Translations under genes and position numbers: made by a program
Part shown: one piece after another, positions 39,234 to 47,978 of the stretch
Layout: every line of letters starts with the position of its first letter
How positions within the stretch are numbered: position 1 is the stretch's first letter
Assembly (NCBI GenBank): GCA_934096405.1
Contig: CAKOLW010000004.1
Span: 595-64,594, forward strand
DNA length: 64,000 nucleotides
Source: an uncultured Bacilli bacterium
Lineage (GTDB): Bacteria > Bacillota_I > Bacilli_A > RF39 > UBA660
Direction: 5' to 3'
The notes under the pieces: model-generated
What the model saw: the letters and a program-made list of their open reading frames with translations, nothing else
Database searches by the model: none
What the model was told of the DNA's origin: nothing

Positions 39234-40136
39234 TTATACTTCCTTACTCATATCAAGTATTCTCTTTGACTTTTCCACTATATTATCAACTTGTTCCTTT
39301 AATTTATATTTAGGTAAATTTCTCATATCATCTAATATTTCATAAATATACATTCTTTCATCTAAATATTTAATTTTATTCAATTTATCACAATATCTTT
39401 TAATATATAATTTTATATTTTTATAATCTTCAGGTTTTTGATAAGGATCCATTTCAATATTAGCCCACTTCCAAGGTTTTTCTTCACACATAAATAATAT
39501 TCTATAATCATAATCAAAAGGTGCCACTAAAGAATCGTTAAAATCTATAATCTTAATTTGATTATTCTTATCTAAAAATATATTATCAAAATGCAAATCA
39601 TTATGTATCAAAGAGTAATAGTTATCATTAAGAATATAATCATATAAATCAAAAGATTTCTTAATCATTGTTTTTTCTTTTTCACTAAAAAATTCACTAC
39701 ACTTATTAAAATTATTTATAACTTCATTTTTTATTTTATTCTTCCAATCATCATTAACACTTTTATGAACATGAATACTATTTAAACATTCTACTAAATC
39801 TTTAATAAAGTTTTCTCGTTCTATTTCATTCCATTTATACCAATAGTAATATATAGATTTACCATCTATTTTTTCAATAATTTCATAAACAAAAGGAACA
39901 ATAATTTTACTTTTATCATATTTGTATAACTTTGGTATAAAAGATTTAGTTTTATATTCATTATAAAAATTATTTTCTACATCAAAAAGATTTTCATAAT
40001 CTTTATTTCCACACACTTTTATAATATATTTATCATTAACATCAAATATTGTATTATTAAAGCCAGCATTTATTTCACTTATAGTTTTTATATTACCTAA
40101 TATTTCTATATTATTTTCAGCAATTAATTTACCCAA
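39234..40136 (-). CDS. aminoglycoside/choline-kinase-type phosphotransferase (APH family)
   Basis: 300 aa. LIHNDLHFDNIFLDKNNQIKIIDFNDS is a canonical APH catalytic loop with its metal-binding Asp. Confidence 0.8.
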   Translation of the reverse strand: MGKLIAENNIEILGNIKTISEINAGFNNTIFDVNDKYIIKVCGNKDYENLFDVENNFYNEYKTKSFIPKLYKYDKSKIIVPFVYEIIEKIDGKSIYYYWYKWNEIERENFIKDLVECLNSIHVHKSVNDDWKNKIKNEVINNFNKCSEFFSEKEKTMIKKSFDLYDYILNDNYYSLIHNDLHFDNIFLDKNNQIKIIDFNDSLVAPFDYDYRILFMCEEKPWKWANIEMDPYQKPEDYKNIKLYIKRYCDKLNKIKYLDERMYIYEILDDMRNLPKYKLKEQVDNIVEKSKRILDMSKEV

Positions 40137-40509
40137 TGATAATCTCTTCTTTTAAATTTTTTGTAACTTCAAATGCCTTTACTAAAACTAAAGTATTATC
40201 ATTAAAATTAGAATTAACTGATTTAAAATAATTATATCTTCTTTCTTTCCATTCTTCTAAACTATTACCTATTCCTTCTAATTTAGCAAGATTCCACTTT
40301 ATATCTTTAAATTTACAAATTTTTGTTGTTATAATTTTTGTAATACATGCTGATTTTTCATTATCATATATCAAAACTGATTCACTATTTAATTCTACTT
40401 TTTCTCCATTATATATATCAACATAAGCCGTTTTTTTACCTTCTAAAACTAAATCTACTAATTTATCATTTTCAACATCAAAATGCCATTTACTTAAATT
40501 TGTACACAT
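40129..40509 (-). CDS. ASCH domain protein (COG4405/YhfF-like)
   Basis: WHFDVENDKLVDLVLEGKKTAYV...AKLEGIGNSLEEWKERRYNYF...VLVKAFEV follows the ASCH pattern. I prefer the ATG at 40509 to the TTG at 40563. It overlaps the APH gene by 8 nt. Confidence 0.65.
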   Translation of the reverse strand: MCTNLSKWHFDVENDKLVDLVLEGKKTAYVDIYNGEKVELNSESVLIYDNEKSACITKIITTKICKFKDIKWNLAKLEGIGNSLEEWKERRYNYFKSVNSNFNDNTLVLVKAFEVTKNLKEEIIIG

Positions 40510-40609
40510 ATAATCACATACCTTTTCAATAATTATAACATGCAAAAATAAATTTATATACAATTATTATTATTCATTAAATTTATTTAGTGTCTTTTTT
40601 TATGCTCTG

Positions 40610-40618
40610 TGATATAAT
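40610..40618 (+). promoter_or_regulatory. extended -10 promoter element ahead of the P-loop kinase gene
   Basis: TGATATAAT lies about 165 nt upstream of the ATG at 40785. No convincing -35 box. Confidence 0.35.
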
Positions 40619-40784
40619 TAACATGGCGTGACAATGCTCAAAAATGTAACAAAAAGGTTTTACACTTATAGCATCAAAAGTGCTTTATCATAGATTACAT
40701 TAATATAAATTTAAATACTTCAATTAATAATTAAACGTTATAAAGTTATTTAAAAATAATAGTTATTGAATTTAAGGAGGTAAA

Positions 40785-41378
40785 ATGAAAAATTCAAGAG
40801 GAAATATAATAATAATAGAAGGTCCACAAGGAGTTGGAAAAAGTACAATGGCCAATTTCTTAAGAGATAATTTATCAACTTCTAATTTATACAGACTAAC
40901 CGGAATAAAGGATAAAACTAAAACCGGATATCAAAAAAGTAAAAATATGTATTTAAATTTATTAAATTATATGGAATCATTAGAAGAAACCGAATTAAAT
41001 TTAATATTTGATCGTACATTTTTTTCAGAAGAAGTTTATACAAAACTAGGACTTAAAGATTATAGTTTCGACGATATATATGAAAGACTAGTAAAAAAAC
41101 TTTCAGATTTAGATTTTAACATTTATTTTGTAGTTTTATACTTAAAAGATACATCATTATATGAGAAACGTTTAAAAAGACAACATCATCAATACCAAAA
41201 ATTTAGTATAGAAAATAGTATTAAACAACAAGAAGAATACTTAAAACTTATTGATAGCATAAAGTATAAATCAATTCATAAGATTAAAATAGCAACAGAT
41301 GATTATGAAAAAGCTTATAATAAATTGATTAATTCAATTCCTACACTAAAAGAAGAAAATATAGAATATAAAGGTTAA
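40785..41378 (+). CDS. P-loop (d)NMP-kinase-like protein (thymidylate-kinase fold)
   Basis: 197 aa with AAGGAGG 6 nt upstream. The Walker A is IIIEGPQGVGKST. FDRTFFSEEVY resembles the DRY/S.aY segment of dTMP kinases. Confidence 0.6.
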   Translation: MKNSRGNIIIIEGPQGVGKSTMANFLRDNLSTSNLYRLTGIKDKTKTGYQKSKNMYLNLLNYMESLEETELNLIFDRTFFSEEVYTKLGLKDYSFDDIYERLVKKLSDLDFNIYFVVLYLKDTSLYEKRLKRQHHQYQKFSIENSIKQQEEYLKLIDSIKYKSIHKIKIATDDYEKAYNKLINSIPTLKEENIEYKG

Positions 41379-41446
41379 TGTTTAGAAAGTAATTTCAAAT
41401 ATATTTACTTTACCCGAAATAATCTATTTAACAAAACATATCAAAA

Positions 41447-41476
41447 ATAAAAAATAACTATAAGGTTATTTTTTAT
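41447..41476. terminator. bidirectional AT-rich terminator between convergent genes
   Basis: AAAAAATAAC-TATAAG-GTTATTTTTT lies between the stop of 40785..41378 and the stop of 41508..41765. Confidence 0.5.
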
Positions 41477-41507
41477 TATGTGTTCTTCCAAAAAACATAC
41501 AAAACCA

Positions 41508-41765
41508 TCAGTATGAGTAAAATAAATTTTTAACAACTGTTTCTAAATCATGTGTATCAAATATTTCAATAATTTCTATTTTTTCATGACTAGGTTTAAA
41601 AGAGTTTTTTGAGCAAATATAATAAATTTTCTCTATTTTTTCTCCATACAAATCCATTAATTTATTAGCTATCACACATCCTAGCTTACCTGAGCTGCTA
41701 TTTGTTATTTTCCTTACATTATCTATTCTTTCACTTGTTCCACCTGACGTAATTATTATTTTCAT
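41508..41765 (-). CDS. coaB: phosphopantothenate--cysteine ligase (CoaB), N-terminal 85-aa fragment only
   Basis: MKIIITSGGTSERIDNVRKITNSSSGKLGCVIANKL is the canonical CoaB start (ITsGGT.E.ID.VR.itN.SsGk.G). The ORF stops after 85 aa, where about 230 aa is expected. It has a strong GGGAGG RBS and starts 1 nt after the upstream stop. Confidence 0.7.
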   Translation of the reverse strand: MKIIITSGGTSERIDNVRKITNSSSGKLGCVIANKLMDLYGEKIEKIYYICSKNSFKPSHEKIEIIEIFDTHDLETVVKNLFYSY

Positions 41766-41766
41766 T

Positions 41767-42120
41767 TTATTCCTCCCACAATTTTTCTGGCAAATTTCTT
41801 GCTATATATTCCGTTATTTTTAAATCCTCAATTTCTTTTCCTAAAATTAAGCATCTATGACCTTTTAAATTTACTTTATAATAATCAAGAGTAAAATTAT
41901 TTTTATAATACTGTTTAATTACTTTTAATACCTCATCTATTTCATCTAAAGCCCCACAAGGCACAGGTACAGATGTAAAAAAGCCATTTTTGATGTAACA
42001 ATGAGAATGAACAATATAATAGTTGGTATATTCTTTTAATTTTAAATACATTTTTTCTATTAGTCCAGATTTTTTACCACCATTTAAATCAAATGTACCA
42101 GTTGTTAATAAAACTTTCAT
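41767..42120 (-). CDS. hypothetical protein wedged between coaC and the coaB fragment
   Basis: 117 aa with AAGGAG 6 nt upstream. It is tightly packed (2 nt after coaC, 1 nt before coaB-prime). No family recognised. Confidence 0.5.
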   Translation of the reverse strand: MKVLLTTGTFDLNGGKKSGLIEKMYLKLKEYTNYYIVHSHCYIKNGFFTSVPVPCGALDEIDEVLKVIKQYYKNNFTLDYYKVNLKGHRCLILGKEIEDLKITEYIARNLPEKLWEE

Positions 42121-42122
42121 TT

Positions 42123-42674
42123 TTAACTCTCCTTACTTAAAATTTCTTTTATTTTATCAAAAATTATTTTAGTATTTGGTAATTTACCTATGCCACTTGT
42201 ACCACATGCAAGCGTCCCAACTTCAGGTTTCAAAAATAAGTAACCATAACTTTTTAGTTTTTCTATATTATTTTGAACTATCCTATTTAAATACATATAT
42301 TCATTCATTGCTGGAACAAATAATACTGGTTTTGTTGAAGCAACAATAGTACTTGATAACATATCATCTGCAATGCCAGAAGAAATTTTCCCTATTATAT
42401 TTGCTGTTGCAGGTGCGATAACTATTATATCAGCATGTTGACCATACTCAATATGTCCTATATAATTACAATTTTCTTCTACAAACATATCTACTGCCAC
42501 TTTATTTTTTGATAAGACTTCAAAAGTTAAAGGATTAATAAAATCTGTTGCATTCTTTGTCATAATAACTTTTACCCTTGCACCTTCATTAACTAAATGT
42601 GTAATTAATCCACAAATCTTATAACTAGCAATACCACCTGTTATTCCTATAACTATATTTTTATCTTTTAGCAT
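42123..42674 (-). CDS. coaC: phosphopantothenoylcysteine decarboxylase flavoprotein (CoaC-type HFCD)
   Basis: 183 aa with IVIGITGGIASYK, the PAMNEYMY (PxMNxxMW-type) motif and the substrate clamp LACGTSGIGKLP. Confidence 0.85.
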   Translation of the reverse strand: MLKDKNIVIGITGGIASYKICGLITHLVNEGARVKVIMTKNATDFINPLTFEVLSKNKVAVDMFVEENCNYIGHIEYGQHADIIVIAPATANIIGKISSGIADDMLSSTIVASTKPVLFVPAMNEYMYLNRIVQNNIEKLKSYGYLFLKPEVGTLACGTSGIGKLPNTKIIFDKIKEILSKES

Positions 42675-42713
42675 ATTATTCCTTCTTTCTAACTAAATTA
42701 TATGTTGCAATTA

Positions 42714-42743
42714 TTGATAAGTAAAATATATTTATGTTATAAT
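42714..42743 (+). promoter_or_regulatory. sigma-A promoter of the LysR gene
   Basis: TTGATA-18 nt-TATAAT with a TGt extension. It is divergent from the coaC operon. Confidence 0.5.
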
Positions 42744-42763
42744 ATTTATAAGGAAAACTTATA

Positions 42764-43630
42764 ATGAATGTTAATTTAGAATTATATAGAATTTTTTATG
42801 TAGTAGCAAAACAAAAACATATGACTAAAGCTAGTGAAGAACTACATATATCACAACCGGCTATATCTCAATCAATAAAAAAACTAGAAGAGCAATTAGG
42901 TGGGACATTGTTTTTAAGAAGTAATAGAGGAATGGAACTTACAGAAGAAGGAAAAATGTTTTTTGATTACGTTAAAGGTGCATTAGAATTAATTAACAAT
43001 GCAGAAAAAGAACTTACTTCTTTTAAAGACTTATCAAAAGGTGAAATAAAAATAGGTTGTTCAACAACACTAACAAAATTAATTTTACTTGAAGCCTTAA
43101 AAAAATTTCATTCTGATTATCCAAATATAAATATTAATATTACTAATGATTTAACAAGTAGCTTAATAAAAGATTTAAAACTTGGAAAATTAGATTTTGT
43201 AATATTTAATGAAATTAATATTAAAGAAACAAATTTAAATTTAAAAAAAATAAAAGAGTTAAAAGAGGGATTTATTTATAATCCAATATTTTATAAAGAT
43301 GAAATAAATAGTTTTGATGACTTGAATAATTATCCACTTATACTACAAAAAGAGGAATCAAATAGTAGAAAACTTTTAGACTATATTGCTCTTCAAAGTA
43401 ACGTAAAACTTATTCCAAAAATGGAAGTAGTAAGTCAAGAATTGATAAGTGAATTTACTAATATTGGTCTGGGAATTGGATTCGTAATAATTGATTTGGC
43501 TAAAAGAAACTTTAAAGATATAAAAGAATTAACAATAAATAAAAAAATACCAAATATAAATGTATATTTAGCAACTAATAAATCAACATCTCTAACTTTT
43601 GCAAGCAAAACATTTATTAATTATTTATAA
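42764..43630 (+). CDS. LysR family transcriptional regulator
   Basis: 288 aa. The N-terminal wHTH is LELYRIFYVVAKQKHMTKASEELHISQPAISQSIKKLEEQLGGTLFLR, followed by a substrate-binding domain. Confidence 0.9.
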   Translation: MNVNLELYRIFYVVAKQKHMTKASEELHISQPAISQSIKKLEEQLGGTLFLRSNRGMELTEEGKMFFDYVKGALELINNAEKELTSFKDLSKGEIKIGCSTTLTKLILLEALKKFHSDYPNININITNDLTSSLIKDLKLGKLDFVIFNEINIKETNLNLKKIKELKEGFIYNPIFYKDEINSFDDLNNYPLILQKEESNSRKLLDYIALQSNVKLIPKMEVVSQELISEFTNIGLGIGFVIIDLAKRNFKDIKELTINKKIPNINVYLATNKSTSLTFASKTFINYL

Positions 43631-43637
43631 CAACATA

Positions 43638-43671
43638 AAAATCAAGTTAATAATAATATTAACTTGATTTT
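43638..43671. terminator. bidirectional terminator between lysR and secA
   Basis: Perfect 15-bp arms AAAATCAAGTTAATA / TATTAACTTGATTTT with a 4-nt loop. Confidence 0.75.
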
Positions 43672-43721
43672 ATTTACAAAAATTTTTATTGTTAACAAAC
43701 TTCATAAAACTCAGAAAAAAG

Positions 43722-46214
43722 CTATTTACCACAACATTGCTTATATTTTTTCCCTGAGCCACAAGGACAAGGATCATTTCTACCAACAGATTGATTCTTT
43801 TTAACAGGTTTTGATTTAACCTTTTCTTTACTATCATTAGTCCTAATATTTTTGTTTTCAACTCTTTCTAAGTTTTGTCTAACTTCTGCTTTAAGTAAAT
43901 AAGTAGTTATTTCTTTATTAGTCTCTTTTAACATATTGTCAAAAAGTTCAAAACCCTCTAGTGCATAAGCCTGTAATGGATTAGTCTGAGCATATCCTCT
44001 TAATCCAATTCCTTCTTTTAAATGTTCCATATTATCAAGTTGATTCATCCAATTCTTATCTAATACCTTTAATGTAATAGCTTTTTCAAAATCATCTTGA
44101 ATATCTAAAGGAACTTCACTTAGCTTAGAATTATAATCATTAACAACTATATCATAAATATAATCTTGCATTTCAGGAATACTCTTACTTTCTAATTCTT
44201 TCTCATCTAATTTTTTAGATTTAAGTAAATTAGCATTAAAGTACTCACATATATTAACTACATCATTATGTGTAATTGTATCCTCAGGTGGAAAATGATT
44301 ATTAATTTGATCAATAACAAATTCTTTAAATATAGTTAAAATTCTATCTTTTATATTATCTTTATCTAATATTTCATTTCTTCTTTCATAAACAATTTCT
44401 CTCTGTTTACTAATTACATTATCATAATCAAGTAATGCTTTTCTTCTATCATAGTTAAATCCTTCAACTCTCTTTTGACTAGATTCAATATTTTTACTCA
44501 TCATTCTATGATTTATAGGTGTATTTTCGTCAAAACCAAGACTACCCATTAAAGATTTTATTTTTTCACTACCAAACTTAATCATTAAGTCATCTTCCAT
44601 AGAAACATAGAATCTTGTTCTACCTGGGTCTCCTTGTCTACCACTTCTACCTCTTAATTGATTATCAATACGTCTACTTTCATGTCTCTCAGTACCTATT
44701 ACTAAAAGACCACCTAATTCCTTAACACCTTCACCCAATTTAATATCTGTACCACGTCCAGCCATATTAGTTGCAATAGTAACAGCATCTTTTTGACCAG
44801 CTTTTTCAATTATATGAGCTTCTCTTTCATGATTCTTTGCATTTAATAGTTCATGTGGAATTCTTTTTTTATTTAATAAACCACTTAAATATTCACTACT
44901 TTCAATTGATGCAGTACCAACTAATATAGGTTGATGAGTCTTATGTATTTCTTCTATATAATTAGCAATAGCATTATATTTACCTCTTTTATTCATAAAT
45001 ACATAATCTTCTTCATCTATTCTAATAACAGGCTTATTTGTAGGAATTACAATAACATACATATTATAAATGTTTCTAAATTCTTCTTCCTCAGTTTTAG
45101 CCGTACCTGTCATACCTGATAACTTATTATACATTCTAAATAAATTTTGAAAAGTAATCGTAGCCAAAACTTTAGTTTCTTCATTAATATGTACCCCTTC
45201 TTTTGCTTCTAAAGCTTGATGAAGTCCATCACTATATTGTCTTCCATGCATAAGTCTACCAGTAAATGCATCTACAATTATAATTTTATCACTATCAACT
45301 ACATAATCCACATCTTTTTTAAATCCATAATTAGCAACTAAAGCCTTATCTAAATTATGCACTATGGCAGCATTCTTAATATCATATAAATTATCAACAT
45401 TCAATAATCTTTCTGCTTTTACAATACCTTCTTCAGTTAATGTAACACTTCTAGTTTTTTCATCTAACACATAATCATCAGTAGTTAAACTCTTAGCCGT
45501 TCTATCCGCTAATTTATATAAATCTGCACTTTTACTTACACCACCACTTATAATTAATGGAGTTCTTGCTTCATCTATTAATATTGAGTCAACTTCATCT
45601 ATAATTGCAAAATTTAAAGGTCTTTGTACTCTATTTTCCTTTCTAACAACCATGTTATCTCTTAAATAGTCAAACCCTAATTCATTATTAGTTGTATATG
45701 TAATATCTTTACTATATGCCTCTCTTTTTTGCTCAGGGGTAGCATCTTTCAAATTAACTCCTACACTAACATCAAGATAATTATAAATCTTACCCATCCA
45801 TTCAGCATCACGTACACTTAAATATTCATTTACTGTAACAACATGAACACCTTTTCCAGATAACGCATTTAAATATGCAGGCATAGTACTTGTTAAAGTT
45901 TTACCTTCACCTGTTTTCATCTCAGCTATATTACCATAATGTATACATATACCACCAATAACTTGAACTTTATATGGCTTTTCTCCTATCGTTCTATATG
46001 CAGTCTCTCTAACAACCGCAAAAGCAGGCACTAATATATCATCCAAAGTTTCTCCATCTTTTAATCTAGTCTTAAATTCTTGAGTTTTAGCTTTTAATTC
46101 TAAATCCGTTAGCTTACCCATTTCTTCATCTAAAGCCATAACTTCATCAGCTAGCTTATCAAATCTTTGTAATTCTTTATATTCTCTGTCAAATAATTTT
46201 GTAAATATATTCAT
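43722..46214 (-). CDS. secA: preprotein translocase ATPase SecA
   Basis: 830 aa with MKTGEGKT, DEVDSILIDEARTPLIISG and the C-terminal zinc motif CPCGSGKKYKQCCG. Confidence 0.97.
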   Translation of the reverse strand: MNIFTKLFDREYKELQRFDKLADEVMALDEEMGKLTDLELKAKTQEFKTRLKDGETLDDILVPAFAVVRETAYRTIGEKPYKVQVIGGICIHYGNIAEMKTGEGKTLTSTMPAYLNALSGKGVHVVTVNEYLSVRDAEWMGKIYNYLDVSVGVNLKDATPEQKREAYSKDITYTTNNELGFDYLRDNMVVRKENRVQRPLNFAIIDEVDSILIDEARTPLIISGGVSKSADLYKLADRTAKSLTTDDYVLDEKTRSVTLTEEGIVKAERLLNVDNLYDIKNAAIVHNLDKALVANYGFKKDVDYVVDSDKIIIVDAFTGRLMHGRQYSDGLHQALEAKEGVHINEETKVLATITFQNLFRMYNKLSGMTGTAKTEEEEFRNIYNMYVIVIPTNKPVIRIDEEDYVFMNKRGKYNAIANYIEEIHKTHQPILVGTASIESSEYLSGLLNKKRIPHELLNAKNHEREAHIIEKAGQKDAVTIATNMAGRGTDIKLGEGVKELGGLLVIGTERHESRRIDNQLRGRSGRQGDPGRTRFYVSMEDDLMIKFGSEKIKSLMGSLGFDENTPINHRMMSKNIESSQKRVEGFNYDRRKALLDYDNVISKQREIVYERRNEILDKDNIKDRILTIFKEFVIDQINNHFPPEDTITHNDVVNICEYFNANLLKSKKLDEKELESKSIPEMQDYIYDIVVNDYNSKLSEVPLDIQDDFEKAITLKVLDKNWMNQLDNMEHLKEGIGLRGYAQTNPLQAYALEGFELFDNMLKETNKEITTYLLKAEVRQNLERVENKNIRTNDSKEKVKSKPVKKNQSVGRNDPCPCGSGKKYKQCCGK

Positions 46215-46251
46215 CTATAACATCTCCTACTAAATATTTTACCATGTATTA

Positions 46252-46286
46252 AATTAAAATAAAAGAAAAAAGCGATTTCTCGCTTT
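46252..46286 (-). terminator. intrinsic terminator after hpf
   Basis: The minus strand has AAAGCGA-GAAA-TCGCTTT followed by TTTCTTTTATTTT. The stem overlaps the hpf stop. Confidence 0.7.
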
Positions 46287-46806
46287 AGTTAGTCTCTATA
46301 ATTCCATAAGTTCCATCATATCTTTTATATAAAACATTAACATTTTCTGTTTTAATATCTTTATATACATAGAAATTATGTCCAGAAAGTTCCATTTCTA
46401 ATATTGCATCTTCTTCATGCATTGGTTTTAAATAAACTTTTTTTCTTTTTACTATTTCTTCTATTTCGTCATCATCTATAATTTCCTCTTCATTATAAAC
46501 AATTTGAACTCTATCTTTACTCATTAATTTAGATTTATATTTTCTCATTTGTGTTTCTAACTTATCAACAACTAAATCAATCGCAGCATATAAATCACTA
46601 TGTGATACCTCAGCTCTTAAGTCATATTTACCACCATTAATAGTAACCTCAACTTTTTGTTCTCTACCTCTAATACTAAAAATCACTTTACAAACTATAT
46701 TGTTTGGATTATCAAAATACTTTTCCATTCTAGAAAGTTTATCAGTAGCATATTCTTTCATTGAATCTGTTACTTCCATTCTTTCTCCACGTATTTGAAA
46801 ATTCAT
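46285..46806 (-). CDS. hpf: ribosome hibernation promoting factor, long form
   Basis: 173 aa with an N-terminal S30AE/YfiA fold (MNFQIRGERMEVTDSMKEYA...) and a C-terminal dimerisation domain (KPM...EAILEMELSGHNFYVY). Confidence 0.92.
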   Translation of the reverse strand: MNFQIRGERMEVTDSMKEYATDKLSRMEKYFDNPNNIVCKVIFSIRGREQKVEVTINGGKYDLRAEVSHSDLYAAIDLVVDKLETQMRKYKSKLMSKDRVQIVYNEEEIIDDDEIEEIVKRKKVYLKPMHEEDAILEMELSGHNFYVYKDIKTENVNVLYKRYDGTYGIIETN

Positions 46807-46850
46807 TTTATCACCTCTATATAAAATATACCATAAAAAATTGAAAAAAA

Positions 46851-47078
46851 CTACACTAAAGTAGTTAATTTCAATTCTTTGACATTAATTGCTTGGTTAC
46901 CCTTTGCTGTTTTCACTAATACGAATTCAACAATATCGCCTTCTTTTAAAGTCTTATAACCTGGTTTTTCAATCGCAGAATAATGAACGAAAACGTCTTC
47001 ATTTATTTCTGATCCAATTTCAATAAATCCATACCCTTTATCATTATTGAACCACTTAACTCTACCACGCCTAATCAC
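46851..47078 (-). CDS. cold-shock protein (CspA family)
   Basis: [16 protein letters not shown] (RNP1) and VFVHYSAI (RNP2). GGGAGA abuts the in-frame ATG at 47084, so the GTG at 47078 (6-nt spacing) is the likely start. The 94-aa track ORF is an upstream extension. Confidence 0.88.
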   Translation of the reverse strand: MIRRGRVKWFNNDKGYGFIEIGSEINEDVFVHYSAIEKPGYKTLKEGDIVEFVLVKTAKGNQAINVKELKLTTLV

Positions 47079-47239
47079 AATCATTCTCCCTTCTAAAAAT
47101 TTACCGCAAACCCTGTGACTACAGGTTTTGGCCACAAACCCATAGCTTAGTTAGTCTAACTATTAATACTCTCGAGCACATTTACATCATATCATAGATA
47201 ATAAATAAATGTTATTAGTTTGCTTAACTTAATGTTTTT

Positions 47240-47268
47240 TTGACATGAAATGCAATACACAATATTTT
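47240..47268 (+). promoter_or_regulatory. candidate promoter of agrBD
   Basis: TTGACA (47240..47245)-17 nt-TATTTT (47263..47268). AATGTT-containing direct repeats lie immediately upstream. Confidence 0.4.
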
Positions 47269-47369
47269 TTTTAATTATTTATTTAATGTTTTACAAAAAG
47301 TCAAAAGTTATTTTTAATTAAAACATTTAAATAAAATATTATTTTATAATGTTCGTGGAAGTGGTAAAA

Positions 47370-47978
47370 ATGAAAGATCTTTTAATAAATTCCATGATGA
47401 ATAAGATAACCCGGTATTGTAATTATGATGATACTAAATTAAAAGAAATCAAGTATGGTTTATCAAGCTTATATTTGAACATTACTAAATTAATAGTAAT
47501 ATTTGGATTATCATATTTCTTTGGTAATTTAAGAACACTTCTTATATTAATGGGCTTATATAGTATATTAAGATTAAGTGCATTTGGAGTTCATGCTAAA
47601 AAAAGCTTACATTGTTGGATTGCTTCGTTATTTACATTTACATTAGTTCCAATTATATGTGAAAAAATTTTAATAAATTTATACTTAAGATTAATGATAT
47701 CTATAAGTTGTATAATATTATTAGCTATATATGCTCCAGCTGACACAGAAAAAAGACCATTAATTAATAAAAAAAGAAGAACCATATATAAAATTACAAC
47801 TTTTATAACTAGTTTAATTTATGTTGCATTTATAACACAAATTAAAGATAATATTTTAAATAATTGTATAGTATTTAGTTTACTACTAGCCACCTTTGTA
47901 GTATTACCAATTACTTACAAATTATTTGGAGTAAAATATAATAATTATAAAAATTATAAGAAAGGAGGAAAAGATTAA
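47370..47978 (+). CDS. agrB: AgrB family AIP-processing membrane peptidase
   Basis: It is polytopic. RLSAFGVHAKKSLHCWIAS carries the catalytic His and a Cys 7 residues later, as in staphylococcal AgrB. I prefer the ATG at 47370 to 47349. Confidence 0.85.
   Translation: MKDLLINSMMNKITRYCNYDDTKLKEIKYGLSSLYLNITKLIVIFGLSYFFGNLRTLLILMGLYSILRLSAFGVHAKKSLHCWIASLFTFTLVPIICEKILINLYLRLMISISCIILLAIYAPADTEKRPLINKKRRTIYKITTFITSLIYVAFITQIKDNILNNCIVFSLLLATFVVLPITYKLFGVKYNNYKNYKKGGKD

Noticed and set aside
43670-43861. 63-aa ORF overlapping the secA 3-prime end and the terminator
   Set aside because: It is out of frame with the SecA C-terminal zinc motif (CPCGSGKKYKQCCG), which is clearly the real reading. 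It also runs through the 15-bp terminator stem.
47079-47135. N-terminal extension of the cold-shock ORF ([19 protein letters not shown]...)
   Set aside because: The Shine-Dalgarno sequence GGGAGA lies inside this extension. Csp proteins start a few residues before the KWFN motif. The extension covers the structured leader.
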